Source: a virus (lineage: Duplodnaviria > Caudoviricetes). Taken from it: DNA of 61,486 nucleotides. Positions 8,984 through 18,443 of this stretch are shown piece after piece. The notes beneath the pieces were generated by a model. The model was not told where the DNA came from and ran no database searches. It worked only from the letters and a program-made list of their open reading frames with translations. The translations under genes and the position numbers were made by a program. Each line of letters begins with the position of its first letter. The stretch's first letter is position 1. Location of the stretch: the IMG/VR virus record IMGVR_UViG_3300032215_000085, positions 1-61,486 of that record; one strand, 5' to 3'.

Positions 8984-11578
8984 TTAAGCTGCCATGTATG
9001 TTTTTATACCATGTTGTAAGTCATTACTTTTATCCATGCTAGCAATAAGGTCGTCAAACTGTGCATCAATTGCATTTAATAACTCTAAATCTAACTCATC
9101 TTTTGTGTTATTATTTTGTTTTGGCATAGATGGTTGTCTAGTAATTTTAGGTTTTATTGTGCTCTTAATTTCAGAAAATGTATTTTCTTTAAAGTTCGGT
9201 GGTAAATTAATAGGAATAGTTCCATTGAACAATTCAATCAATGCTTCACGCCCGTGCATTTCAATTTCTTTACCTTGAATCATACTTTTACCAAATTTAG
9301 CCTTTTCAATGTGTACTGGGTCATTTCTGTATGGTCTTCTAAGTCCCATACGTTGCAGTAATCCCCGTCCCTCCATCCAATCTAATTGCTCTTTACTAAT
9401 GTCAATAGCAGTTGAACCCATGTGAGGAGTTTCTTTTACATCAGGATTTGCTGGAGTATTTACCATACCATGTCCAGTAACATTTACTGCAGGATTACTA
9501 GAGTTTCCACCTGCTTTAAGCCAACCTTGATACAATTCTTTTTGTTCTTCATATGAACGAAAAGATGATGTTAATGATAATTTTTTATTAGTTTGTTTAA
9601 AGTATTCTTGTGCTAACAATGTTACATTCTTAGCAAGTCCTGGATTTCGTCTTGACAAAACTGCCCAATGCTGTTCATCTCCTGAACCTGAATTAAATTG
9701 AATATACTTACCTGCATCTCCTAAATCAGTTTTTGTTATGTTTTCAAGAAGTTTTTGTTTGTCAACTTGTTCTTGTTCTTTTCTTTCTTCCCACTGTGCG
9801 GCAGTAGCTGATGTAGTAGCGGCTGTATAATGTGCACCAACATTACGTGAACGTTCTTCTAATTGATAGCGTTGACTTTCTAATTGCTCTACAGTCATTC
9901 CGCTTTGTTTTAAATTACGCTGTTCTTGTCTTTCATCTGATTCTGCCTGTTTAGCATTCTGCATTGTTCTACGTGCAGATTCTATTTGTGCAGGTGAGGA
10001 TCTAGTTTCACTAACACGATGAAATTCTGTTTCAGCCGCTTTTGATTTTTCAGCTAATTCTTTACTTCTTTTTTCTGGATTTTTAATCCTATCTATATTA
10101 GCATTAAGTTCTGCTAATTGTCCTTGAGCCTTATCTTTCATTTTACCAAGCTGACCCTGATCGCCAACAATCATCATAATTTTTTCAAGATTAGCATCAT
10201 ACTTTCCACCGTTAATACCCACAGCAAATTCAGCTAAATGAAACGTAGTGGTTTTTATAGTAGATATTAATCCGTTAAATACCATTAATGCAGCTGGTCG
10301 CATCGTAGCAGTGATTGCATCTTTAATCATGCCAACATCTCTTTCTGCATTAATCATTTCATTTACTGAATCTACTTTTTTATCACCTTTTTTTGCATTC
10401 TGTTCTATTAATGTTTTAGCATCTGCTTCAGATTTTATAGTTGATAATCTTTCAGTCTCCATCAATACTTTGCCATTGATGCCTGTTGCATTTTGTAAGT
10501 CTTTTGATACTGATAATACTTGTTTATTTTTATTAATGTATTTTTGATATTCTACTGCTACTGCTCTAGCTGCCTCAGCACCGGTCATTCGTCCTTCTTC
10601 AACATCTTTTGCAATTGTGGCTGCTTTGTCTCCCATAACAAGCATCATCTTTTTGCCTTCTACTGTAGTAGCTGAACCATTTGCAATAAAATCAGCCATA
10701 CCTTTTTTGAGTTCAGGGCTTACTCCGTCTAACAATAGCATTGTTTTTGATAATTCATCTGCACCTTTGCTATTTCCACCTTTGATTAGTTCTCGCATTT
10801 TTATTTGGTATGAGGTGTCCGTTTTTAATGCGGCAAGTTTAGATGCTACTTGGTCACGATTCTCCCCGGTTAACATACTCATAGTAGTTAAGGTATCAAC
10901 ATACGCTAGTGTGCTTTTACGTAATGCTCTATCATCTTCACCAATTTTTACTCCGTAACCGGTTAAAAATTTGACACCCTCTGCTTGGTGCCTCATTAAA
11001 TTTTCAGGAGTCAATCCTTGTTTTAGATATTTTAATTGGTCTTCTCTGTTATTGAATACTGTACTTAATCTTTCTACTGCTTTACCTGTATTAGGACCTA
11101 AAAAAGTTAATGATTCTCCTACAGCATTGAAGGACTCCATTAATTTATGAGCTTTATCTAGAGGATATCCTGCTTTTTTACCCATATCAACAAGGTCAGA
11201 TGTTGTTTTGGTTGCTGATACCCCTATTCCAGTTACACTTTCTTGTAACTTCATTGCATTATCAACAGATTTAAATACACTACCTACTAATGTATCTGCT
11301 ATTTTTAATATACCTTCAATAGCAAACATTACGTCTTTTGTATTTCCCTTGCCCCTAGTACCTATTGAATTTGTTATTGAACTAAATGAACTCAGTATTC
11401 CAAAGTTCCAATTGCTTACTGCCTCAGTAGAAGATTCTACTGCATTTAAGGTATTTCCAGTAAGTCTTGATAAATCTTTAAGAGTGGCTTTACCTAATTT
11501 TTTTGCAACTTTTACAAAGTCCTCTGTATTAGATGCTAAGTTTTGAGAACTTCCGCTAAATGAATCAAATGCTGACAT
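8984..11578 (-). CDS. Tape-measure/hub-like protein with C-terminal M15 (Zn D,D/L,D-peptidase) domain
   Basis: Helical A/K/G-rich body; SSFRSYEEQKELY...TPHMGSTAID...DPVHIE. Confidence 0.65.
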   Translation of the reverse strand: MSAFDSFSGSSQNLASNTEDFVKVAKKLGKATLKDLSRLTGNTLNAVESSTEAVSNWNFGILSSFSSITNSIGTRGKGNTKDVMFAIEGILKIADTLVGSVFKSVDNAMKLQESVTGIGVSATKTTSDLVDMGKKAGYPLDKAHKLMESFNAVGESLTFLGPNTGKAVERLSTVFNNREDQLKYLKQGLTPENLMRHQAEGVKFLTGYGVKIGEDDRALRKSTLAYVDTLTTMSMLTGENRDQVASKLAALKTDTSYQIKMRELIKGGNSKGADELSKTMLLLDGVSPELKKGMADFIANGSATTVEGKKMMLVMGDKAATIAKDVEEGRMTGAEAARAVAVEYQKYINKNKQVLSVSKDLQNATGINGKVLMETERLSTIKSEADAKTLIEQNAKKGDKKVDSVNEMINAERDVGMIKDAITATMRPAALMVFNGLISTIKTTTFHLAEFAVGINGGKYDANLEKIMMIVGDQGQLGKMKDKAQGQLAELNANIDRIKNPEKRSKELAEKSKAAETEFHRVSETRSSPAQIESARRTMQNAKQAESDERQEQRNLKQSGMTVEQLESQRYQLEERSRNVGAHYTAATTSATAAQWEERKEQEQVDKQKLLENITKTDLGDAGKYIQFNSGSGDEQHWAVLSRRNPGLAKNVTLLAQEYFKQTNKKLSLTSSFRSYEEQKELYQGWLKAGGNSSNPAVNVTGHGMVNTPANPDVKETPHMGSTAIDISKEQLDWMEGRGLLQRMGLRRPYRNDPVHIEKAKFGKSMIQGKEIEMHGREALIELFNGTIPINLPPNFKENTFSEIKSTIKPKITRQPSMPKQNNNTKDELDLELLNAIDAQFDDLIASMDKSNDLQHGIKTYMAA

Positions 11579-11580
11579 AC

Positions 11581-13911
11581 TTATCCTCTAGCGTGATCCA
11601 ACAATTCAGTTTGTAGATTGTTGTTAATTCTTATACGGTCTAATAACGTATCCAATTTACTAGTAATTGATTCTAAAGCCATAGATGATTTTCTATTACT
11701 TGTAGTAGTTTCACCTGTCATCATACTATCAGTTTCTTCAGAATCTTGTTTAAAAATATTAACTATTTCGGACATCATATCAGATATCTGAGTCATATCA
11801 GTTAATGGATTGGCTTTATTACCAGTTAAATCTGCTGGCATAGAAGCCATACTCATATCATTTTTAAATGATACTGGTATAGTATCTCCGCTAGGCAACG
11901 GTACAACAGCAAAATCTTTACCTTTTGGTAATTGTTTTCTATACCCAGACATAGGACCATCAAAAATTCCACCACCTGCTAACTTACTTGAAGTGTTACT
12001 AAAACCATCACCTGTTATCCCACCAAACTTAAATTCCGGTGCAGGTGCATCTTGATTTACTGTAGACGTTGCACTTTTAGCTTGTTTAGGATTAAGCTTA
12101 CTGTTTCTTGTAGACGGTTTAGCAGGAGTTGTAGTGGCCGCATTAGTGTTTGTAGTAGCATTAGGTTTAGTTGGCATTGCTGTTACGGGTTGTACACCTC
12201 TGCTCTTTGCTTCATCTTGCCAAAATTTTAAATCTTCTCTGATTTTTTCAAGTTCTGACTTCATCCCATCTATTGCTAATTTTGTTCCGCCAGGTATATT
12301 AGCTGAAGGTAATTTACTTGCTTCATCAATTTGTTTTTGTTTTTCGTCAAGCTTATGCAAGAAGTATATTTGTTTATCTTGTAATTCATCGCTATCAGTC
12401 ATTGAAGTAAGAAGATTATCAAAGTTCATTCCTAATATTTTAGCCATTGGACTTTCCATAAACCCTACTGCTAATTGGCGTACAGTTTTCATCAACCATT
12501 TAAATGCATCCATTACTAACGGATCAATTAATTTCAAAAGTTCATCCATCATTTTAGCAAACTGATCGGTGGTGTTCTTTACTGTATTTGCAAAATTTAC
12601 ATATGGATCAATATGTTTACTTTTTTCTTCGATTGCCTTTCGTGTTGCGTCTAATGTACCTTCAGCATAACTCTTTGCAGTGTTTTCAACTGTTCTAGTT
12701 GTCATACCCGTCATATCTCTAAGTTCACCACTTGCTTTTAATGCGGCACCCATGCTTTGTAGCATAGCATCTCCGCTTTCATTTAATTTATTAATGAAAT
12801 CTTCGGGGCTTAATTTACCACTCTTAAATTCATTTGTCCAAGTAACAAATGCACCTTGTGTTCTAGTAGACAATGCAATTGCCTCACTTGTTACTGCGGC
12901 ACCATTTGCATATACACTCATAAAGGCTTTTTTAGCAGTTTCGTCAACATTAGATCCAATAAGAGTTGACATGTTTTGAACTAACTCACGTTGTTTCTTA
13001 CCAGCTGCATCATCGCCCAATTGACGCAATGATACATTGAATGCAAAATCTTCTAAATCTTTTTCTCTGGATGCTTTGATTGCGTCATTGGACTCACCAG
13101 TTAATGCACTTAACATTGACAAGTTTTTAGTATAATTTAGTGATTGGTCAACTAACGTTTTATCAACTTGTTTTCTACCAAGTCCTAATGACCCTTGTTC
13201 TTTCATAAAAGCGGCTTGTGCGCTTACTAATTTTTCTTGACTAAAACCTAAATTAGCAAATTCATTACGTATTTTTTGTTGGTCAGCTTGGATATCACTA
13301 TTAAAACTTGCTAACTGAGCAAATTTCTTTATACCATCACCCGATGTTTGTCCTAACTTTGTTAAATTACTACCAAGACCCTCAATAGTCTTGACCATGA
13401 TTTGAGATTGACCATTGAATGTATTAAATCCTGCATCATTAAACATGCCTTCAAGTTCACCTGATGTAAACTGTGCGGCGGCTCCCAACTCACCTAATTT
13501 ATTAAAGTTAGATATAATCTTATCATTTTGTTTTAAATCAGCTTGTACTAATGCAGAGAATGCTTTAACTGCCAATCCAATAACTGTTCCAAAAGGAAGA
13601 ATTGCACTAGCTAACGCGGCTAATCCATCACCGGCAGATTGGATAGCTCCATTGTATTTTGCCATGCTATCATCATTTTGAGATAGAGCTTTCCCAAAAT
13701 GTAAAGCACTTTGTCCTAGTGACCTAAATCCTGCTTCTGCTTGTGAAATAGATGAGCTTATAGCCGAATCAGCATCTTTTAAGTCGTCGGCAGCCCTACC
13801 CATACGTGAGGCTACAGCCTGAGTAGAGTCGCTGGCTGACCGTGAGCCGGCCTCAATACGCTGTTCTGCTTCCTGAATTCTGCGTTCTGATTCTTCTGGA
13901 TTTGTTGCCAT
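11581..13911 (-). CDS. Tape-measure/hub-like protein, paralogue of 8984..11578 (start probably ATG 13911)
   Basis: Helical body; shared blocks LTGE, ANG, TIPV; GGIFDGPMSGY motif. Confidence 0.6.
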   Translation of the reverse strand: MATNPEESERRIQEAEQRIEAGSRSASDSTQAVASRMGRAADDLKDADSAISSSISQAEAGFRSLGQSALHFGKALSQNDDSMAKYNGAIQSAGDGLAALASAILPFGTVIGLAVKAFSALVQADLKQNDKIISNFNKLGELGAAAQFTSGELEGMFNDAGFNTFNGQSQIMVKTIEGLGSNLTKLGQTSGDGIKKFAQLASFNSDIQADQQKIRNEFANLGFSQEKLVSAQAAFMKEQGSLGLGRKQVDKTLVDQSLNYTKNLSMLSALTGESNDAIKASREKDLEDFAFNVSLRQLGDDAAGKKQRELVQNMSTLIGSNVDETAKKAFMSVYANGAAVTSEAIALSTRTQGAFVTWTNEFKSGKLSPEDFINKLNESGDAMLQSMGAALKASGELRDMTGMTTRTVENTAKSYAEGTLDATRKAIEEKSKHIDPYVNFANTVKNTTDQFAKMMDELLKLIDPLVMDAFKWLMKTVRQLAVGFMESPMAKILGMNFDNLLTSMTDSDELQDKQIYFLHKLDEKQKQIDEASKLPSANIPGGTKLAIDGMKSELEKIREDLKFWQDEAKSRGVQPVTAMPTKPNATTNTNAATTTPAKPSTRNSKLNPKQAKSATSTVNQDAPAPEFKFGGITGDGFSNTSSKLAGGGIFDGPMSGYRKQLPKGKDFAVVPLPSGDTIPVSFKNDMSMASMPADLTGNKANPLTDMTQISDMMSEIVNIFKQDSEETDSMMTGETTTSNRKSSMALESITSKLDTLLDRIRINNNLQTELLDHARG

Positions 13912-13925
13912 GTGTTTTTTGACCA

Positions 13926-13949
13926 ATAAATATCTGTAATTGTATTTAG
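13926..13949. promoter_or_regulatory. Face-to-face late promoters (+ ATAAATA 13926-13932; - CTAAATA 13943-13949)
   Basis: Two late motifs at the strand switch, each upstream of a structural gene. Confidence 0.55.
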
Positions 13950-13979
13950 TGTATAAAAACTACCATTTTAGGAGAAATA

Positions 13980-14810
13980 ATGAGTATAGCTAACAACCCT
14001 TTAAAACAGTATTTCCGTCGCCCGGGTATTTACTTAAAGTTACCCAGCGGGGGATTAGGATATGAACCCGGCGTAATAGAATTCCCGGAAACAGGTGATT
14101 TACCTGTTTATCCAATGACAGCAATTGATGAAATCACTAGCAAAACCCCAGACTCACTCTATAACGGAAGTGCAGTGGTAGAAATCATTTCTAGTTGCAT
14201 TCCTGCTATTAAACAACCATGGAAAATTACTTCAATTGATTTAGATGCTATTCTAGTTGCAATCAAAATTGCAACCAATGGCACTGAAATGGATATTGAA
14301 ACTACATGTAATCAATGTGAAGAAACTTCAAAGTTTGGTGTTAATTTGAGCATTGTACTGAATAATTTTAAACCCGGTGACTATGAAAGTGGATTGATAA
14401 TAGACCAATTAAAAATTAAATTTCGCCCACTAAATTATAAATCGTTGTCTGCTAGCAGTATAAAACAGTTTGAAATACAAAAAAGTATTATCTTACTTAA
14501 CAGTATGACTGAAGGACCCGAAAGAGATACAAAATCTACTGAAATATTAAAGACAATTACTGACTCAACTATAGAAATTCTTGTTGATACAATTGATTGT
14601 ATTATTACTCCGGAATCAATCGTAAATGATAGAGCATTTATTATAGAATTCATAATGAATACCGATAAGAAAACATTTGAAGCTATCAGAGACCATAGTG
14701 TAAAATTACGTGAGAGCACTCAAACACAACCTTTACACATAACATGCACACATTGCAATAATGAGTACGACCAGCCCTTTACATTGAATATAAGCGATTT
14801 TTTCGCTTAA
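13980..14810 (+). CDS. gp26: Baseplate hub assembly protein, gp26-like
   Basis: IYLKLPS, DLDAILVAIKIAT, two CxxC pairs, C-terminal SDFFA. Confidence 0.75.
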   Translation: MSIANNPLKQYFRRPGIYLKLPSGGLGYEPGVIEFPETGDLPVYPMTAIDEITSKTPDSLYNGSAVVEIISSCIPAIKQPWKITSIDLDAILVAIKIATNGTEMDIETTCNQCEETSKFGVNLSIVLNNFKPGDYESGLIIDQLKIKFRPLNYKSLSASSIKQFEIQKSIILLNSMTEGPERDTKSTEILKTITDSTIEILVDTIDCIITPESIVNDRAFIIEFIMNTDKKTFEAIRDHSVKLRESTQTQPLHITCTHCNNEYDQPFTLNISDFFA

Positions 14811-14857
14811 GGCTTCTATACCTTGACCCCGAAGGTATCGGGAAGCTGATAGATGGT

Positions 14858-15034
14858 ATGGATAGGGATATAAAGGCTATTAAGAAGAACTCTGCACGTA
14901 TAGCCTGGTATATGCGCGGAGCTTTAACCTATGAAGATGTCCTTAACCTTAGTCCAGACGAATTAAAATCAGTTAATGAAATCATAGAAGAAAACTTAGA
15001 GACTACTAAGAAAACACAAATGCCGTTCTTCTAA
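14858..15034 (+). CDS. Small gp51-like hub assembly protein (58 aa, not in ORF track); possibly made as a -1 frameshift fusion to gp26
   Basis: MDRDIKAIKKNSARIAWYMRGALTYEDVLNLSPDELKSVNEIIEENLETTKKTQMPFF; frame is open back to the slippery site at 14798. Confidence 0.7.
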   Translation: MDRDIKAIKKNSARIAWYMRGALTYEDVLNLSPDELKSVNEIIEENLETTKKTQMPFF

Positions 15035-15184
15035 TCCATGGTGTTTCATTTGATATACTAACGGTTATTATTGTAGTCATTCATTGGGAGATGAACGCAG
15101 TTCATCTAAGTACTCGCTATCGCTCGTCCTTAATTGTTTTACGGTCTCTTAGTTTAATTAATTGTAATTTGTTTATTTGTATTT

Positions 15185-15552
15185 AGGACTATATTGCCGC
15201 TTTGAAGCCATGGTAGTGCTATTCAGCACTACCAATGGTAAAGGTATGTTTGCCATGCCCGTCGTCCATAGTCATCTATTCCCCGAATAATCAACTCTTT
15301 TCTGTTATTATTCGCCACCGGTTGCTCTGTAGGGTTTTTGGGACTGTAGTTGAAGCTATTAGGTTCTGCCTAATTCTTCAGCAACGCATGTTACATATTC
15401 GCAAGATAAAGTAAAATATGTACTCATTGAAGGTTCGCTTTGACGAGAGCCTTCTCGGTGTTCCATGTTATTGCTAACATGCATACTCCAGAATCCAACG
15501 GCACAGCACAATCTGTACAGTCTCAAGGAGGACTTGCAACCAAGCCTACGAA
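15185..15552 (-). ncRNA. Candidate large structured non-coding RNA, family unknown
   Basis: No ORF in track; more GC-rich than flanks; at least six hairpins, including CATGTTA-GCAA-TAACATG and TGGTAGTGCT-GAAT-AGCACTACCA. Confidence 0.55.
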
Positions 15553-15555
15553 TTT

Positions 15556-16122
15556 TTAAATGTTAATAGTAAGTGTGGACTTTGTGTCTGTATTTTCAAT
15601 TGACTTTGTGTCTGCTGAATATGTTTGTACTAATTTGGTATTGTGTTTAAAGAATAAATCAAATTCCATGATGTACCAATCACCGTACTTTTCGCTTCCG
15701 TAAAAGAAAAAAGTATCAGTGATCCATGTTAGCTTGCATTGCACAGCAACATAACGACCCTTACGATTAAACTTCATAAACAGAATGTTTAAATCGTCTG
15801 GATCGGCTACATCAAGTAGTTGTTCTAACCAAGAATCCAATATTTTGTGTTCACCTGATAATAATAAGTGAAAGGGAAAATCAGCGTAAAACTTGCATTC
15901 TACGTTCATCTTCGGAAAGCTTTGTCCGGGCACAATATCACCCTTAAAGCTACGAATCTGACCTTCATGTAGAATCTGTGTTCTAGATTGATTCTTGCCA
16001 CCAACGTAAGCACCGGAACCAGGGGCACGAATAAAGCTTTCACTATATTTTTCGCTTAGATATTTTGCGATTTCTCGCTCAAACCCTGATCCTTTGTTCT
16101 TACTCGGTGATGGCATAGACAT
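15556..16122 (-). CDS. Holliday junction resolvase, Hjc-like PD-(D/E)XK nuclease
   Basis: KNKGSGFEREIA, KGDIV, VECKFY; adjacent to gp46/47. Confidence 0.75.
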   Translation of the reverse strand: MSMPSPSKNKGSGFEREIAKYLSEKYSESFIRAPGSGAYVGGKNQSRTQILHEGQIRSFKGDIVPGQSFPKMNVECKFYADFPFHLLLSGEHKILDSWLEQLLDVADPDDLNILFMKFNRKGRYVAVQCKLTWITDTFFFYGSEKYGDWYIMEFDLFFKHNTKLVQTYSADTKSIENTDTKSTLTINI

Positions 16123-16152
16123 ATACTTATCTCTTGTGTGCAACTTTCAAAA

Positions 16153-18225
16153 TTATTCTACGTCTACTGCTGTACTATATGTGGTAAAGCCATTTTCTTT
16201 CACGACTTTCAATACGCTAGGAACTCGTCCGGCTAATTCTTCACGATGACTAACAAGCCAAATAGACTTATGTCGTCTACGTGACATGTCCTTAAGAATA
16301 GCAATAGCGTTTTCAACACCCATTGTGTCTAGCCCACTGTCAATCAATTCGTCAATAAACAATGTATTGATTGGTGCATATAAGTTCTCCCAAACATCAC
16401 GAAAAGCAAAACTCAAGCCTAGAATCAACCGATTACGTTCACCACGACTTAAATTGTCAAAGTCAAGTTCACGGCCCAACTCAGTAATTTCAACTGTTAA
16501 ATCATTTTGAAATACTACTTGATGTGGTAATCCAATCTTATCTAAGTAATGTGTTAATCTGCTATTCAAGTATGACAGATTTTGGTCAATGATTTTCTTA
16601 CGTACAAAACTATCTTTGCTAGTTAAAATATCTAACAAAAACTTTTGATGTTCCATAGTCTTAGTTAGTTTATTGATTGCTTCAAAATCAATTGCTTGCA
16701 ACGCATTACTTTCCATCTCTGTAACCTGTTCAGCATATGGATCAGACTCAGCAGCCTTAGTTTCAATTTGCTGTAACAACCCTGATACTTTGCTACGATG
16801 TTCAATCGCTTGTGCTTCTGTATCATAATGCGTAACTGGCATAGGACCCACTTCAACTGATGTAAGTTCTGCTAGTTGTTCACTATATGGATCAACTTCT
16901 TTTTCTTTCTCAAGTATCTTTGTGCGAATGTTTTCTGCATCACTACCATGACGAATTGCTTCTGCTTCTGTCTTGTAATGTGTCTTAGGCTTATCTCCCA
17001 ATACAATGTCTTTATCGTTTAATTCTTTTAATTGATTCAACAGTGTAGTAACATGAAATTGTGCATCTTCTAGCATCTTTTCTTTATCTGCTAGAACCTT
17101 AGCGTGTTGTTCGTCATGGAAATCTTGACCGCAAGCATAACATTGATGTGCTAACAACTTTATAATTTCAACATTTAATTTCTCAATTAACTTGTTTTCT
17201 TTATCAATGTCCTTATTGATTCGTGCAACTTCTTTGTCTCTGTCTGCAATTTCTTTTGACTTGTTATTATACTCAACCAAGGCACGATGTGCTAAGATTT
17301 CTTGTACGATATCTATTCTGGTTAGTTTTTCTGCTTGATTTAATAAGTCAGTAACATCTTTATCTTGCTTTTGCTTCCAAGCAGTTTGTCTAGCCAATAA
17401 TGCATTATATGTATCTTGTTGTTTCTTCTTTTGATTCCAGATTACTAACTCTTTATGTGCTAGTAATTCACTATCAATATCAATTTGTGACAGTTCATCA
17501 TATTGTGCAACTAAGTATGCTAAGTCATTTTCATGTTTCTTTTGCCAAAGCCCTTGTCTGCGCTTTAAACTTTCTATTTGTTCTTTGACACGCTTATTGG
17601 CTTCTTCAACTGCTTTGACTTTGAATTCTTCGCTTTGTATTCCATCTTTAGTTTCTTTCAACAATATTTTTATTGTTTCAGCTTTTTCAGATAATAATGT
17701 GATACCCAATAACTGTTCAATGATTTCACGTTGTTCGTTATTTTTTAATGCTAAGAATGGTTCTGAATATGTATTCAATGCTACGATATGACGAAACATG
17801 CTACTAGACATACACAATACTTTTTCAATTGCTACTTGTGTTTCTTTGTTCTCACCCTGTGCATCGTCCGTACCTTTTTGTAAATCATTATTTACATAAA
17901 ATCGTAATAGATTTGGCTTACGACCACGCTCAATCTTATAGTCAATACCACCCACACTAAACTCAAGTGTAACTAGCATACCCTTTCCATTTGTACGATT
18001 AACTAAATTATCTTTTCTGATTGAGTTAATGGGTACACCGAACAATGCATAGCTCAGACCTTGAATAAGACTAGTCTTACCTGTACCATTACGAGCACCG
18101 TCACCACCTAAGTCTAAGTTCTCACCTAGAATAAGTGTTAAGTCTTGTCGGTTAAAGTCAACTGCTTGTGTGACTTGACCAATTGATAGAAAGTTTCGTA
18201 ATGTAATGTTCTTTAATAATATCAT
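16153..18225 (-). CDS. gp46: Recombination endonuclease ATPase subunit (gp46/SbcC/Rad50)
   Basis: Walker A NGTGKTS, Zn hook CYAC, signature LSRGE, Walker B LFIDE, LVSH. Confidence 0.95.
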   Translation of the reverse strand: MILLKNITLRNFLSIGQVTQAVDFNRQDLTLILGENLDLGGDGARNGTGKTSLIQGLSYALFGVPINSIRKDNLVNRTNGKGMLVTLEFSVGGIDYKIERGRKPNLLRFYVNNDLQKGTDDAQGENKETQVAIEKVLCMSSSMFRHIVALNTYSEPFLALKNNEQREIIEQLLGITLLSEKAETIKILLKETKDGIQSEEFKVKAVEEANKRVKEQIESLKRRQGLWQKKHENDLAYLVAQYDELSQIDIDSELLAHKELVIWNQKKKQQDTYNALLARQTAWKQKQDKDVTDLLNQAEKLTRIDIVQEILAHRALVEYNNKSKEIADRDKEVARINKDIDKENKLIEKLNVEIIKLLAHQCYACGQDFHDEQHAKVLADKEKMLEDAQFHVTTLLNQLKELNDKDIVLGDKPKTHYKTEAEAIRHGSDAENIRTKILEKEKEVDPYSEQLAELTSVEVGPMPVTHYDTEAQAIEHRSKVSGLLQQIETKAAESDPYAEQVTEMESNALQAIDFEAINKLTKTMEHQKFLLDILTSKDSFVRKKIIDQNLSYLNSRLTHYLDKIGLPHQVVFQNDLTVEITELGRELDFDNLSRGERNRLILGLSFAFRDVWENLYAPINTLFIDELIDSGLDTMGVENAIAILKDMSRRRHKSIWLVSHREELAGRVPSVLKVVKENGFTTYSTAVDVE

Positions 18226-18443
18226 TTTAATTTTCTAAAAAAACTGTCTTTGGCTAATTTCTCAGCCTTCACTGTTCGTTCTATTATGCCTTCTAATTTT
18301 AGTTTAACTGAAATCAAACTTTTTTGTTCTCTTAAACTACCTATATAGGAATGAGTATGAGTTAATTCAGATAAAGCAATACCCAGATGTTTGTTTACTT
18401 TAATTAATGATTCTAATTCTCTAACTTCTCTGGGTATCTTCAT
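18222..18443 (-). CDS. Hypothetical protein (73 aa) between gp47 and gp46
   Basis: 4-nt start/stop overlaps with both neighbours (translational coupling). Confidence 0.6.
   Translation of the reverse strand: MKIPREVRELESLIKVNKHLGIALSELTHTHSYIGSLREQKSLISVKLKLEGIIERTVKAEKLAKDSFFRKLK

Noticed and set aside
15185-15552. Calling the structured region a group I intron, RNase P RNA or other known RNA
   Set aside because: Only a P7/S-like snippet matches; no flanking exons, P9 or RNase P consensus visible, so kept as unknown ncRNA candidate
15578-15614. 13-bp direct repeat GACTTTGTGTCTG at the resolvase 3' end
   Set aside because: Short in-frame duplication (DTKS x2) in a likely disordered tail; no sign of a target-site duplication
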